This document shows, piece by piece, positions 28,302 through 41,110 of a DNA stretch of 64,000 nucleotides (position 1 is the stretch's first letter; each line of letters begins with the position of its first letter). Made by a program: the position numbers and the translations under genes. Below the pieces are notes generated by a model. That model saw nothing but the letters and a program-made list of their open reading frames with translations. It was not told the DNA's origin and made no database searches. Origin of the DNA: the human T2T-CHM13v2.0 reference genome, Homo sapiens. The stretch is from NCBI RefSeq assembly GCF_009914755.1, contig NC_060928.1, one strand, 5' to 3'.

Positions 28302-28869
28302 AGATTATATCTTTTATTGTATTGAATTATATGATTTTGCCACTTTTCAGCCATCTTTTGCTTAGTAAAAACAAAAATGCTATATGATTCAATTTAATAT
28401 ACCCCTCTCCTTAACGCTTAGCTTTATTTAAGGAACGTAATAGGTATTGGCTGAGTTAATGAAAAGATGAATGGTAACTTATGTTGTAAGAATTATTGAA
28501 ACTATCTGAATAGATTTACCATTTTATTCCATGTTTTTATTCACAGAAGAAACATAAAAAACAAAACTCTTCCTTATTTTTCAGGTAATATATAAAAGAA
28601 GAGTCCATCCCCTCTCCTAATTCCCTCCTCCCCCCACCCCGCCCCACACACACAAACCAGAAATTCATACAGATATTTTGTATAGGTTATTTCTGGCATA
28701 CCCTCCATCCCTACAAACTGGGCCATAAACCTTGCGTCTTGTTCAACCACACTTGTTAACAGAGGAGAAATGGATACACACATATTTTTACTTATTAATT
28801 ATCAGGGTCTTCTTCCTGGTTAGCGCTATGTGACTAGAGTGTGATTCTACCTGCGTCAACATCAAATTA

Positions 28870-29240
28870 TGTTATTCACTGCCGTAGTTCAGGTTGCAGT
28901 AACAAATAGCATAGACTGTGTGACTTAAACAATTAACATTGATTTCTCACCGTTCTGGAGCCTGGAAATCTGAGTTCAAGGTGCCAATATGATTGTGTTC
29001 AGTGTGAGCTCTCTTTCAGGGTGAAGAATGCCAGCTTCTACTTGTATCCTCACATGGCAGGAAGAGAAGCAGCTAGTGGCTCTCTGGTCTCTACATTTAT
29101 AAGGACATTATTTCCATTTATGAGGACTCCATCTTTATGACCTAATTATATCCAAAAGGCCTCAGCTTTAAACACCATCACACTGGATGTTAGAATTAAA
29201 CATATGAATTTTGAAGGGACACAAATATTCATTCCAGAAA
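28870..29240 (-). mobile_element. MLT1A-like MaLR LTR
   Basis: gtaacaaatagcatagactg...ttctcaccgttctggag...tcctcacatggcag...catatgaattttgaagggacacaaatattca. Confidence 0.85.
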
Positions 29241-30089
29241 ATCCATCCTCTATGGAATCCTGCTCTCATAATCATTAAACTACATTAAATCCTCAGCTTC
29301 TTTCACAGGGTAATTTGTTCTCCATTCATTTCTCTGTCTTAAATGAATTCTAGCCTCTCTTAAGAGGCCCTCTCTGGGATCGAGCTCATTCTCTCACATT
29401 TCACATATGTGCAGGATATCTTATCAGCATCCTACTGCCACCACCAGATCTGTGTCTAGATCATTATGTCTTCATCCTGTGGAAACACCTCTGTCTGCTT
29501 GCATAATCAGGCCATCCAGCACATCTGCATGAGCTCTCCTTTCATCTCCTACACTTAGCAATCTCAAAGTGATGTATTAAGGTAAATATTTGCCTTATCT
29601 TCATCAGTACTCAGAAAATGACAGGGAAGATAAATTGCATATTCAGCCAAACTGATATTACATTAACGTCATGGTAACTGATCTAGACTAAACATCTGGC
29701 ACTAGTTAGCAAAACCTTATATCCTTATATGTTCTGTTTTTACACATCTTTAGCAAGTATTTCATCCATGGGTCACTCTTCTCAAAATCAGTTACCTCAC
29801 TATCAGCCTGGTAAAGACCAAATCTTAAAACATGCCAACATGTTTTACCCTTCTTTGCTCTTTACCTCCTCTTATGTGTGCAGTGTTTCTCTTTACATCT
29901 GTCTCCATTCTCTGCCTGATATCCTCCTTAGATAATATCACCATGCCATTTATCCACACTCTATTTATAGCATCATGTCTTTGCATAACTCCCTCTACTG
30001 TCTCATGCCAACAATCCTTTGACCGTTTGACCACCTCAGGGCCTCCAATACATCAATCCAATTGATCCTTGTTGTCTCTGAAGTCTTGG

Positions 30090-31155
30090 TGTGCTCTCTT
30101 CCCTCTATATGCAGCTTAAATACATGGTCAATTATTAAAATTACATCCTCACATATACATTGACTCTACCCACTTGTTATAGAGTACTTAATTGGTGAAA
30201 CCACAAACCTGGTTAAATGCAACTCTCACTTTACTCTGGGCTTGTTCCCTGCACTGAAGGTGTCTGGAGGAAAATATAAAGTTATGCTGACTGCTCTCAC
30301 TTTAAATTTCTAGTACAAATCACAAATGAACCTTTATTACTACATTCCAGTCATACTAAATTTACTTAGTTTGTTCTCTCACCCATGCTTGATAACTATT
30401 TGTTCCCAGATAAGCATTTCTTTCTTTTCCCTTTTTCTCGAACCTTCTTTCTAAATGTATCCAGAATACCACTTCTTATTATCACCACCTCTATTTCCCC
30501 AGTCCGGGACACAAGCATCTCTCATCTGGATTGCCATTGTAACCACAAGTCTGGTCTTCCTCTATCCAGCCTTTCTCCCAAATGTTTATTCTCAACACAG
30601 CAGTGAGTGTGATTCTATTAAAATACAAATAAGATTATATGTTCCTCTAAAATCATCGAGTGATTTTCCATTTCAATCTGAGTAGTAGCCAAAGTCTTTT
30701 AATGTTCCAAGGGCCCTGCACAATCTTAGCCCCTCTTCATTTTCCCCACCTCATCTTCTACTTTCCATTTTGTTTTCTCTGCTCCAGGCACATGGGCTCC
30801 TCATTAAGGGCCTCTGCCATACCCATACCTGTGCTTGAGATATTCTTTCCTCATGTATGTAAGTGACTCAGTCTCTTGCCTTATATCTTCTATTTATTGA
30901 AGAATACCCAAATTTAAATTACAAACCCATTACTGGCTCCTGATATCCCTATCAAGTTCTATGTTTCACAGAATTAACCTTTGATAATGCACTGTTCCTT
31001 TATTTAGTTATTATCTTACTAATGATTTTGTTTATTTAACATTTCCATCAGTATAATAAAACTCTTTCTTCTTTTTAAACTTTTATATCTGAAATATCTA
31101 ACACAAACCTGAGATGTAATGGAATTCAAACATTTGATGACATACTAAATGAAGT
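30090..31155 (+). mobile_element. L2 LINE internal and 3' relics
   Basis: aaaccacaaacctggttaaat...tgctgactgctctcactttaaatt; ccagaataccacttct...tctctcatctggattgcca; ends catttgatgacatactaaatgaa. Confidence 0.7.
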
Positions 31156-31299
31156 GGTAAGAGTAATACCTCTAATTTTATTCACAATTCTATCCATTTC
31201 TTCTACCGATATTGCATTAAAGCTTGTACTAAGTTTTATACCTGCCACATACTGTATTTTCTGCTTCTCTCTTTGTGCTCATCTCTTTTACTATTTGCA

Positions 31300-32300
31300 A
31301 CTCAAAATTGCATGATCTTTTTATATTAAAAAACCTCTCCCTTAGCCCTTAGCTAACTTCATCTTCAGCATTAGCTTTCTTCTGTACTTTGAAATCAAAA
31401 TTCTTTAGAGAAATAGCAGTAATCGTTGACTCCATTGCCTCATCCCACTTAACCTCTGTCCCCATTATTCACCAACACATAAATTCTCTTGAATTTTCTT
31501 CTGCCTCACTCTCAACCTATGTTGGGGAAGCTTCCTGTACTAAATTATTAGCATTGCAGCTTTTCATAGATCTGTCTTAGGCTCTGTCTTATATTCATGC
31601 AATATAATAGTCACTCGCTCCTTGGGCATCTCATCTATTCCTACATCGTCTATTATTACTAAATGCCAACATCTTCTGAATTTACCCTTCTGGTCTAGAC
31701 TTCTCTCATGAGATCTGGAACCACACCTTCCATGTGGATTTATCAAGTGCATCTAAAAATATATCACCCTTCATCTTCATTCACAACCTCTGCTCTTTTC
31801 TCCACATTTCCTTTCATGATGTGCCATATTATGACTGCTCTATGCTAACTTTTAATCAAGGAGAACAGTCAATTCTACATTTTTAATTACCTTGTGACAC
31901 TATTTTTTTTTTATTCCCCAATACTACTTTCTTTCTCTGTGACTTTTGTCTCTTGACTGAATAATTTTTAGGTTTGTGTCATTACAAGTCATTTACCATT
32001 CTGCAAAATGTGTTATCCTCAGCATCCAAATATCATTATTTTATCCTCTCATTGAATTATCTTAATGAATTCATATTCCTTACTAGGTATAATAGGACCA
32101 TTTAGATTAGAATCTGCTCTCTGCTTTACTTTCTAGCCTCATTTTTCTTTATTACCTATATCCCTCTCCACAGTGTTCCTCACACTGAACTATATGCAGT
32201 TATTTGAACATAACAGGTTTTCTCGCTGTCATTTCTGGTCCTTAGCACAGAATCCCATCTCTTATGGAACATATTTTCCTCAACATATGAACTTCACTAG
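31300..32300 (+). mobile_element. Further L2 relics
   Basis: Pyrimidine-rich L2-like blocks (tctagacttctctcatgag; tagcctcattttt; cacactgaactat). Confidence 0.5.
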
Positions 32301-32339
32301 TACTCTTCACATACATTTTTATGGATACAACACATTTTT

Positions 32340-32520
32340 TTTCCAAGTCATGTGAATTAGGAAAGTTCCTTAACACCTATTTTCTCATTTGGAAAATATA
32401 GATAATATAATTTCCAGCTTAAGTTATTGTTACTTATCAAATAATATAATGCATGCAAAGCACTAATAGTTTGTGTTGCATATAGTAACTCTTCTATATA
32501 TATTTACTTTTATTATTTGT
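32340..32520 (+). mobile_element. MIR relic
   Basis: ttttctcatttggaaaatatagataata...ataatgcatgcaaagcactaa...catatagtaact. Confidence 0.6.
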
Positions 32521-32951
32521 ATTTTTTCTATTAATATTATATTGTTTTCTTTCTAAAATTTTGCCAGAGTTTGAATTGTAGCTTTGGATTCTGAAAGCTA
32601 ATTAAATTTAATGAGAGAAATCTATCTATGATGTTTGATAAAACAAATGTTAACATAGCAATTCCTCCCCCTTACACTATTCCCAAAATGCTAGGAAGGA
32701 ACTCTTGTACAAGGAAATTCTTGTTTTTGCATTTTCACTATTTATAAAAAAATTACCAGAATTATTAGAAAACTGTCACACAAAATCAAAGATTCTTGGC
32801 ATAAACTGTACTGAAAAATGAGGAACTTTCTGTTCCTAAGTTTTTTAATTTAGTAAATTTCTGTTCAATATGTTACATCATTCTAGATGAGGTATCGGTA
32901 TCAAGAAGGACCTGAAGCAAGGTCTCAAGTGCCTTTAATTTATTTGAGATG

Positions 32952-33335
32952 TGTGTCAGGCTGAACAATGTTTCCTCAAAAATACCCATAACTTAATCTG
33001 TGGAACCTGTGAAGGTGTCACTGTCTTGGGAAATGAGACTTCCCAGTTCTGATTTAATTAAAGATTACGGAATGGGGAGATTATCCTGAACTACCTAAGT
33101 GGGCTAAATGTAATCACAATGGTCCTTGTATTGTAAGTGGTTGGCAGGGGGATATCATGGTAATAGATACTCTGCTAGTGCCTCCAGAAACAACCAATCA
33201 TGCCCTCATCTTGAATTTGATCCAGTAGAATTGATTTGGGGTTTATGACCTCCTGAACTGTAAGATAATACATTTGCATTGTTTTAAGCACTATATTTGT
33301 GGTAATGTATTACAGCAGCAAGAAGAAATGAATCA
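32952..33335 (+). mobile_element. MLT1D-like MaLR LTR with internal deletion
   Basis: tggaacctgtgaa...gagattatcctgaactacc...taatcacaatggtcctt...tgacctcctgaactgtaagataata...ttacagcagcaa. Confidence 0.85.
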
Positions 33336-33819
33336 AGGAAGCAATCCCAGATAGCACATTAAGTAGGTGGGGGAAGCAAGGTAGGAAAAGGGAAAAAAAT
33401 CAATGTCTCTATCAATTAAAGTATCGCTGTGTATCTGGAGCTTGCTTCCTTCAGATACATCTAAGAGCAGTGCAAAATATACACCTCTGGATTTTCTACT
33501 CTGCTTCCCCTTAAGGTATGTAGAATCTCGACTCTCATCAGTCATCTATTTAAGGTTGATTCTTACATTGTTAGTTTCCTGGCACTTCTGGATCGACACG
33601 TGGTGAAGCAAAGCAGGGCTAGTGGCTAGAGAAAGCCTATGGGCAAATAACTGCACTTGTTGGCATTTGGAAGTCTAGCTGCTGTGCATTGAGGCATAAT
33701 TAAGAGGCTATAGGCAGGGTACTGATAGCATTGACAAAGGCTTTCAATCTGTTTATTTATTGTGAATCAATGAACTGGATGAGTTTAGGAACAACTTATA
33801 CATTTCTGTGTTCCTTTTG

Positions 33820-33822
<3 letters not shown>

Positions 33823-33864
<42 letters not shown>
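33823..33864. repeat. (AC)21 microsatellite
   Basis: Perfect dinucleotide run. Confidence 0.98.
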
Positions 33865-33867
<3 letters not shown>

Positions 33868-34549
33868 TTTGAAATATAACAGCATGTATGAAATATTCCC
33901 TCATGACCAAGGACAGGATAATTAAAGCCCTCACCAATCAGTGAAACAAAACACACAAAAATAATTGCAAACGTTAACTTTAGCCTTTTAGCCTTATAAT
34001 AAATGGGAAATTTTTTTAAGTTATAAAGTATTTCTACCTGTGTTTATACCAATCATAATAACTGTTACATAGAAAATAATATTACCTTTTAGAATGTAAT
34101 GCAAAATTCTGAGTATACAATTAGTGGAATGTGACATGTGACTTGCTAAAAATCGGTGGATCATACAGGCAGTGTAGGAAAGCAATAGGTGAATCTAGAA
34201 GTAAGACACATGGTTCTTTTCAAAATTAGTCACCCGAAGAAAAAAGTGATTTTTTTTTCCTTAATAAAACTAAACACAGCCTCATCAATCTAAAATTAAA
34301 ACATCCAGGGTAGATTAGCCAAACATATAATCATGTACACCTTACTAGAAACATGAATCTAAACTCAGAATATTTTAATATTAATCTTTTTCCAAAGTAT
34401 CTCACAGAAAATAATTAAACTATCACCTTCACAAATAATATTTTAAATAGTCAATTAATCTTTATATGGTGGTAAATTAAGTGCATTAATAATATACCTA
34501 TTGAAGAAATATAGGATTTTAACTCGCAGTTGAGTGATAGTGATTTATT

Positions 34550-35280
34550 AATCACTCATTCATTTGCTATTCAAAAACTGTTTTTTGAACTCATAGTATG
34601 TATGAAACACAACTGTAGGCACTAGGCATATGGAGTTTACATTAGTGAAGACAGACAGTGAAGAAATAAATAATTAAACACATACAATGTAAAATGGTGA
34701 TGAAGTTTAATAGAGAAAAATAAAACCATGATAGTCGACATAAACTTCCGCCACAGTGGAGGATATTAAATTTTTATCTTCCATGGGGAATATAAAATGT
34801 TTACACCTTGCTCAGAGACACCTTTAATGACTGCAGTTCAGGGAAAACTACAAGATTGGGCATACGCATTTAATACTTGTCAGTGAATAAATATTAATGA
34901 AAATCACAAGACTATTGAGATCAACAAATGAATTGTGTGCAAATAAATTGTGACACCTAGGGACTGAGCTCTGGGGTTACCCAAGGTTTGCAGGTCAAGA
35001 AGAGAAGGAACCAGAAATAAGACTGAGAATAAATAGAGAGGTAGGGGGAAAACCAACAAAGTGTGGCACTCTTATAGCCAAAGTGCAAATATAAGAATAT
35101 TAATGAGAAGACAGTGATCACTTGTGTTAAATGCTGCTGATTTCCCACAAGGAAAGAGACTATCCAGTGGAATTACCAGTGTGTGGGTGATTGATGCTCT
35201 TGAAAAAAATTGTTCAGTGGGAAAGCACAGGGGCACAGCCTTATCGGAGAGGATTTATTAAAGAATGAGGTAAAGGGAAT
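34550..35280 (-). mobile_element. L2 LINE relics
   Basis: cactcattcattt...actgtaggcactagg; ggactgagctctgggg...gaaggaaccagaaataagactgagaa...tgtgttaaatgctgctga. Confidence 0.7.
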
Positions 35281-38200
35281 TGTACTTTGGTTCTATTTTG
35301 TGTATTCCTTACTGTAAGTTCACTCATCTCTCTTCATTGGACACAATGTAATTCAGATCTCGTTTTGGAGAGAATTTTGTCTTTTTCTTTCATCTCTTTT
35401 CTGAGTTTTATCAGCTATCATTTCCTATCTTTCTGTCTTGTAATGCGTGTTTTGACCTTGTGAATTTCTTATTTTAATGTTCTCTCTTTTCCTCAGTGTT
35501 GGTTAAATTACTTGTATTCAAATAGGTATGAAGATCCAGTTTTTCTTTCCATCATGTTTCAGTGTATGTGCATGTGTTAGAGCGGGAATATATTTATCTA
35601 CTGAAAAGTTTTTATTATTTTTTCTTCATGCACTGTTTTTAAAATGAGAGCTATGTTTTTTCAATTCATAGTTATTTGCATTGGATTTTCTTAAAACAAT
35701 AATCAGTTCAGTCTGAGCTGGGAGGGGAGGTGTAGAAGGCTTTCAGTAACCAATGTGATTCTTAGTTTTGGTATGTTCAATTCGCTTTTCACCTCTATGT
35801 GTGTTCCATGAATACATGCTTCTTGGCTTATCAGATTTATTCTCAGTCTTTGATGTTATTGTACTTTGGTGGCACTCTTATTTTACTATTAATATCATGC
35901 CTCTAAGGAACACCGTGTTCTCCAACTTAACTTCCTACAGTACCTGTCAGACAATTCCCGTGCTCTGTTCTTTGATCCACCAGATCTCTGACCTGTTTTT
36001 AATAATTTCACACTCATGTGAAAACGTCTCTTTCTTAGAATAATCCTGATTAATATTTTCTGTTTCTCTTCACCATCAGGACTCTGTGCAATTTCCTCTA
36101 TTCTGCCTCTTCCCTGCTTTACTCTGATTTGGACTTCCCTGGTAACTCTGATGGTCAGAGATTTGTATTTCCCAACATACATGGAAATTAAAACTTGCAG
36201 TTTAAAACTTGCACTTTGAAACTTGAATTACCTGCCTTGTTTAAATGTTAGGGCATAGACTATAGGCAGATTGATTTTACTTGTTTTCTCTTTTGATCCG
36301 TATGTGGTTATTTTAGTTTGAATTTTTTTTTTTTTAGAAAGTGTGGAGGAAGTTAATTGTCAACTTTCATAGTTCCAAAGAACGTTGAAACTCCCTCTTA
36401 ATGCAATACTATTATTTCTTCCTCCAAGTGAGATTGATACCACATATACACAAAAATTGTGTCGAATTAACCTTGGCTGAACATCACTGTGATTTAAGTT
36501 ATTAATTTTAATTTGAAATAAACAAAACTTGGGATCACTATTCTAATTTTAGTCTACGAATAAAATGGATTCAAAGAAAAAGTAACAAAACAAAAGGAAA
36601 AATTAACTTCTATGTATGAATGCAAAGAAACAACTCTTTATTTTGTTCAGAAAAATGGAGATTATCAGGACAACTGCTATTTTTAGGGTACATTTGAAAA
36701 TGTTACAAATATTCAAGGTAACTTTGACTACTAATAAATATGAATAATCTGCATTAATAATGTAACTGCACATTTGAATAAATGATTATAGACAGCGAGG
36801 TTGAATTTTCATTTCTGGAAATCATCAGAAGTTAAAGTAGTATTTTTTAACTTCTGTTTTCTATGAAAGACTTGAATGAACTATTTCTTGACCATGAAGG
36901 AATTAGATATTTGACCTCTCAGTGTGCCTTTCAGCCTTAACATCAGTTTCTTGATCCAATTGTGTTTCTCTTCTATTACCTTGCAATATTTCTTCTTTTT
37001 TGCATAATTACATTTTCCTGTTACTATGGTGACAAGAAGAAGGTACCACTTAGTGATCCTTTCTCCTTCCCCTGCATTCCCTTTGCCAAAAAAAAAAAAA
37101 AGCAACAGAAAAAAATGTGTGGGAGAGATGCTATGGAAGTGTTGTGCAGCTTGAAGTACAAGAGCAAAATTTCCTGAAAATGTACATGGCTTCAATTTCA
37201 TACTTAATCTATCCATATGATTCAACAAAATCATTTAACCACACAAAAATACTTAACATTTGAAATTGGAAAATTACTGCACTAATATCATTAGTAAGAG
37301 CTATCATCAGCAACATAGACAACACTCAAATACCTTTAATCCAGAAAATTTTAATTACCTAGCCATGCTAAAAGTAACAAAATCATTTTCCCAGCTGCTT
37401 TTATATTGCTTATAAAATAAGCCCTTGAGTACAATGATAAGTTAAATGCTACTTTTGTATTCATGAAAAAGGAATCAGTCTGAAAAGAGTGCAGCTGCCT
37501 CAATACTTTCAAGAAAACCTTTTATCTTTTGCATAATCACACAGATTCACGTGCATGCACGTGCACGCACACACACACACACAAACTTTAAAAGGTGAGA
37601 ATAATTTTTATCCTGTTTTACATTCTGTTCAAGCACACTTTGGTCTATCAATTGATGACAGATACATTGACAGAATGAAAATGAAACTTTTGAATAAAAA
37701 GTTATTTTATGATGATTATATGATTTTAATATTTGACATCCATTTTGAAATATTCAAGAGAGTCGATAGTTTTATTTTAAGTATAATGAGATGCTATGAA
37801 TGTAGTATTTTAAAAGTTTTATCTACGTTGCACTAATATTTTTACTGCACTGAAGTAAAAACAACCAATTATCATTGGAAGCCTACTTATGTACATGTGA
37901 CTCAAGGTTTATTTAAAATAATATATTTGCTGAAGTTTTGGTGTCCAGGTCTATAAAAATCACTCATTATTTAGATATGAATTTAGGATGCAGTGACAGT
38001 ATGTTTCAAATGTGTTACCTTTTGTGATTCTTTGCCTAGAAAATTTGTTAAGTCTTGTCCCAAAATAATAGTTATCTGTCAGACAGCATTTTTAATAACT
38101 ATTTTTCATCTCATCTACTTACAAATTATATAAAATAATTCATTTAATAAATCACTTAATAACAAAATAATTACTTGTACCCGTAAGACTCCATAATATT

Positions 38201-38334
38201 TAATACATTATGAACCTATATTCCTATGGGAATCCTCTCCTTCCTTGAATTCTTTATGTTATTTCCTCCTTGACTGCTCTTTCTCAGTATTTTACCTCAG
38301 TTCCTTTTACACTGATTACTCTTTTTATTCAGTT

Positions 38335-38510
38335 TTCTTTAGGTATGACTGAAAATAGAAATTGTGTACATTTGGGGTGCCCAACATGATGATTCTCCAC
38401 AAAAAGTCATTGTGGAATTGTTACCACAATCAAATTAATTAATACATCATCACTACCATTAGTTGCCATTATGTGTTTATGTGGTGAGGACACTTAAAAT
38501 CTATTCTCAA
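38335..38510 (-). mobile_element. Short L1MA9/10-like 3' end
   Basis: attgtgtacatttggggtgcccaacatgatg...ttaccacaatcaaattaattaatacat...gtggtgaggacacttaaaatctattct. Confidence 0.8.
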
Positions 38511-38603
38511 GATGTTCGTGTTCTTTTCTTCTCCCTCCTCTCTTTAACCTAGGTATTCCCTTCCAGGTCCATAGCTTTATGTTTCCCTACAACAGCTCCT
38601 GCT

Positions 38604-38778
38604 CATGAAAAGATTTACTAATGTACTAATAAAGTATAAGCTTCAGAAAACCTCATTTATATAGGGCTTATTTTTAGGAATTATACTTAATATTGTATTT
38701 TAGAATGTATAGATTATTAAGGGGCCTCCAAATTGTACAGGCTTCCTTCTGGTGCTGTAAAACTTGCATCAGCCCCTG
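38604..38778 (+). mobile_element. MER69A/Arthur1-type hAT MITE
   Basis: gatttact...aagcttcag...ggggcctccaaattgta...tcagcccctg; 8-bp near-TSD CTCCTGCT/CTCATGAT as expected for hAT. Confidence 0.7.
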
Positions 38779-38789
38779 CTCATGATGCT

Positions 38790-39545
38790 ATGCACCTGAC
38801 CATATCTGAGTCTTAAATGTACACCTGTGAGTGCCTTTACATATTACCACCTAGATATACTTTCCAACAGGGAGGATTCACACAGGCATCCCAAACTCAG
38901 AGTATGCAATTTGAATTTATATCTATACTCTAAACTTTTATTCTGGTAATTGAATTTTCACCCAGTTAGTCACCCAACTAAGAAATGTGACAGGCTTCCT
39001 TAATCCCTCCTATATTTCAGCCCAAAACACACATGAGGAATTTCATTTTCAGCAAGACACAGAAAACCCTGAATGTGGCCACCATTGGCCTCTCCTGCTA
39101 AGCTACAGTAAATGCACCCTAAGCCATCCACATTATTTACAGACCCATTAAACCTGTGACACCTCTCTGCCTTTGAGATTACTATGTTTTATGATTACAA
39201 TGGTCTCTCCATCATTTAAACTTGGGATGAATGTTTATCACTCTCTGTGAGGTCTTTTTGAAAACTTCATTCATGAATGTTTACCCATTCTCTTGGAACT
39301 TACACATTTTGTCTTTAATGAGAGCAACGTATTTTGAACCTCTAGTGGAGCACTCCTTTTAAATAAAAAATGTATTAAAATAGATTTATATCAATCCTTT
39401 CTCCTCCAGATTTTAATGCTCATGATACAGGTCCTGTTTTATTCATTTTTGTATTTTTACTTTCTAGCACAATAATGGCAAAAAATAATAGTACCTAGTA
39501 AGTGTGTTGAAAAAATGAATGGATTCATTTTGAATGAATCATTTG
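38790..39545 (+). mobile_element. L2 3' relics
   Basis: cacaggcatcccaaactca...; ends tctagcacaataatggca...gtgttgaaaaaatgaatgg. Confidence 0.6.
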
Positions 39546-39559
39546 TGTTCTAATCTGAC

Positions 39560-41110
39560 ACCAACTCCTCCACTCATGCTCATGAGCCCATTTATTCTCT
39601 TCTACTTATTCAGGATGACACTTGAACAATTGTCTCCTCTGATTATTGTACTTCATGTATCATTTTTCTTTTCTCCACCAGATTATTTCCTTTAGCATTA
39701 AACTTGCTGTAGCATTTCCCATCTTTAACAAGTCCACCCCTTATCATACTTACCCTCGAGCTATCACTCTATTCCTTTGCTCTCTTCTAAAACACAACTA
39801 GAAAGAATTGCCTAAAGGTGTCTCTAATTCCTTTCTTGCTATTGTAGCTTGAATTCTGTACATCAGGCTATGTTCTTACCTTGCATTCCCACCATTTCTC
39901 TTCATGTCTAGGGCACCGGTGATATCGTTTTCTTCAATATTCACTCATTAGTCTATATCTTCTTGGGTTTATTAGGTGCATTGGACATAGTTGATAAGAT
40001 TGTCCTCCTTTAAACACTGTCTTCACTTAGTTTCTCTTCCAAACTCATTGGTTGCTCTTTTTTAGTCCATTTTTCACCGACTGCCCTCTTAATATAAACT
40101 GACCTGGAGCTCTCTGTTTGGAAAGCTTCTATTATTTTGCTTGCATGTATGTATGCATGCAATCTCAAGTGAAATTATACCTTTGATATTCCCTATATAG
40201 CAACATTTCAAAAGTTTGAAAATCTTTTTTACATTTCACTTTTGAACTCCAGACATATTATCCAAAAGTTTATTTTGTGTGTTCCCCCCTCATATCTACT
40301 CTACATCTCACACATAACGCATTCAAAAACTAAATTTACTTCCTCCTGCTTCTCCATTTGTAAAGACTAATGTTATTTTCTAAGTTTCTCAGAACCGCAA
40401 ACTTGGAGTTATCCTATGCTTTTCTCTTTGCTCTTCTTTTAGGCTCTTTCTCACAAGTGCCATGTCAAACTATTATGTCACTAAGTAATCCTGTTGATTC
40501 TACCTTCGAAATATATCCAATGTCTAGTCACTTCTGAATACCTTTACTGATAGCATCAAGATCCAAGTCACCATTATATCTTATTCGGATTACTATAGCA
40601 TTTTTTCTGGGTGGCTCTTTTGCTTTCACCCCTGTCCCTTCAAAGGAAATCCTCAACTTAGCAGCCAAAATGACCCTTTGAAAATTCAGTCAAATCAGGG
40701 GAATTTTCTGCTTGAAATTGTCCTATGGCTTTCCTTCCCTACACAGCAATACAATGGCCTAGAATACTTTTTTCTGTGTCTCATAAAAACATCCATCTCT
40801 TAATTTTCTGACCTCATCTCTTACTATTTCCTGTCTTTTTATTCCATTCCAGACACTCTGCTCTGGTTGCCAATTCTCAGTCATGGAAGCTTGTGCTTAC
40901 CTCAGGTTTGTTTTACTTGCAGTTTCCTTGAACTAGAACTTTCTCCCAGATATGATACAAGGAACATCTTCTTTAGTTATCTGCTCCAGTGTTGTTACAT
41001 AAATGACGTTATTCTTGAACAGACTAAGTAACTCTCCCCCAACCTTCATTAGCATGTCCTATCCCATCTTCTTTGTGTAGATTTGCTTCATAGCATTCAT
41101 CACAATCTTT
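39560..41110 (+). mobile_element. Long L2 relic
   Basis: ttggacatagttgat, tgaactccagac, aaacttggagttatcct, ctaccttcgaaatatatcc, cagccaaaatgaccctttgaaaa, cttacctcagg. Confidence 0.75.

Noticed and set aside
27971-28354. 127-aa minus-strand ORF
   Set aside because: Antisense reading of the THE1A LTR
35280-36350. Possible HAL1/old L1 5' relic on the minus strand
   Set aside because: T-rich composition is suggestive but I found no diagnostic motif to support the call
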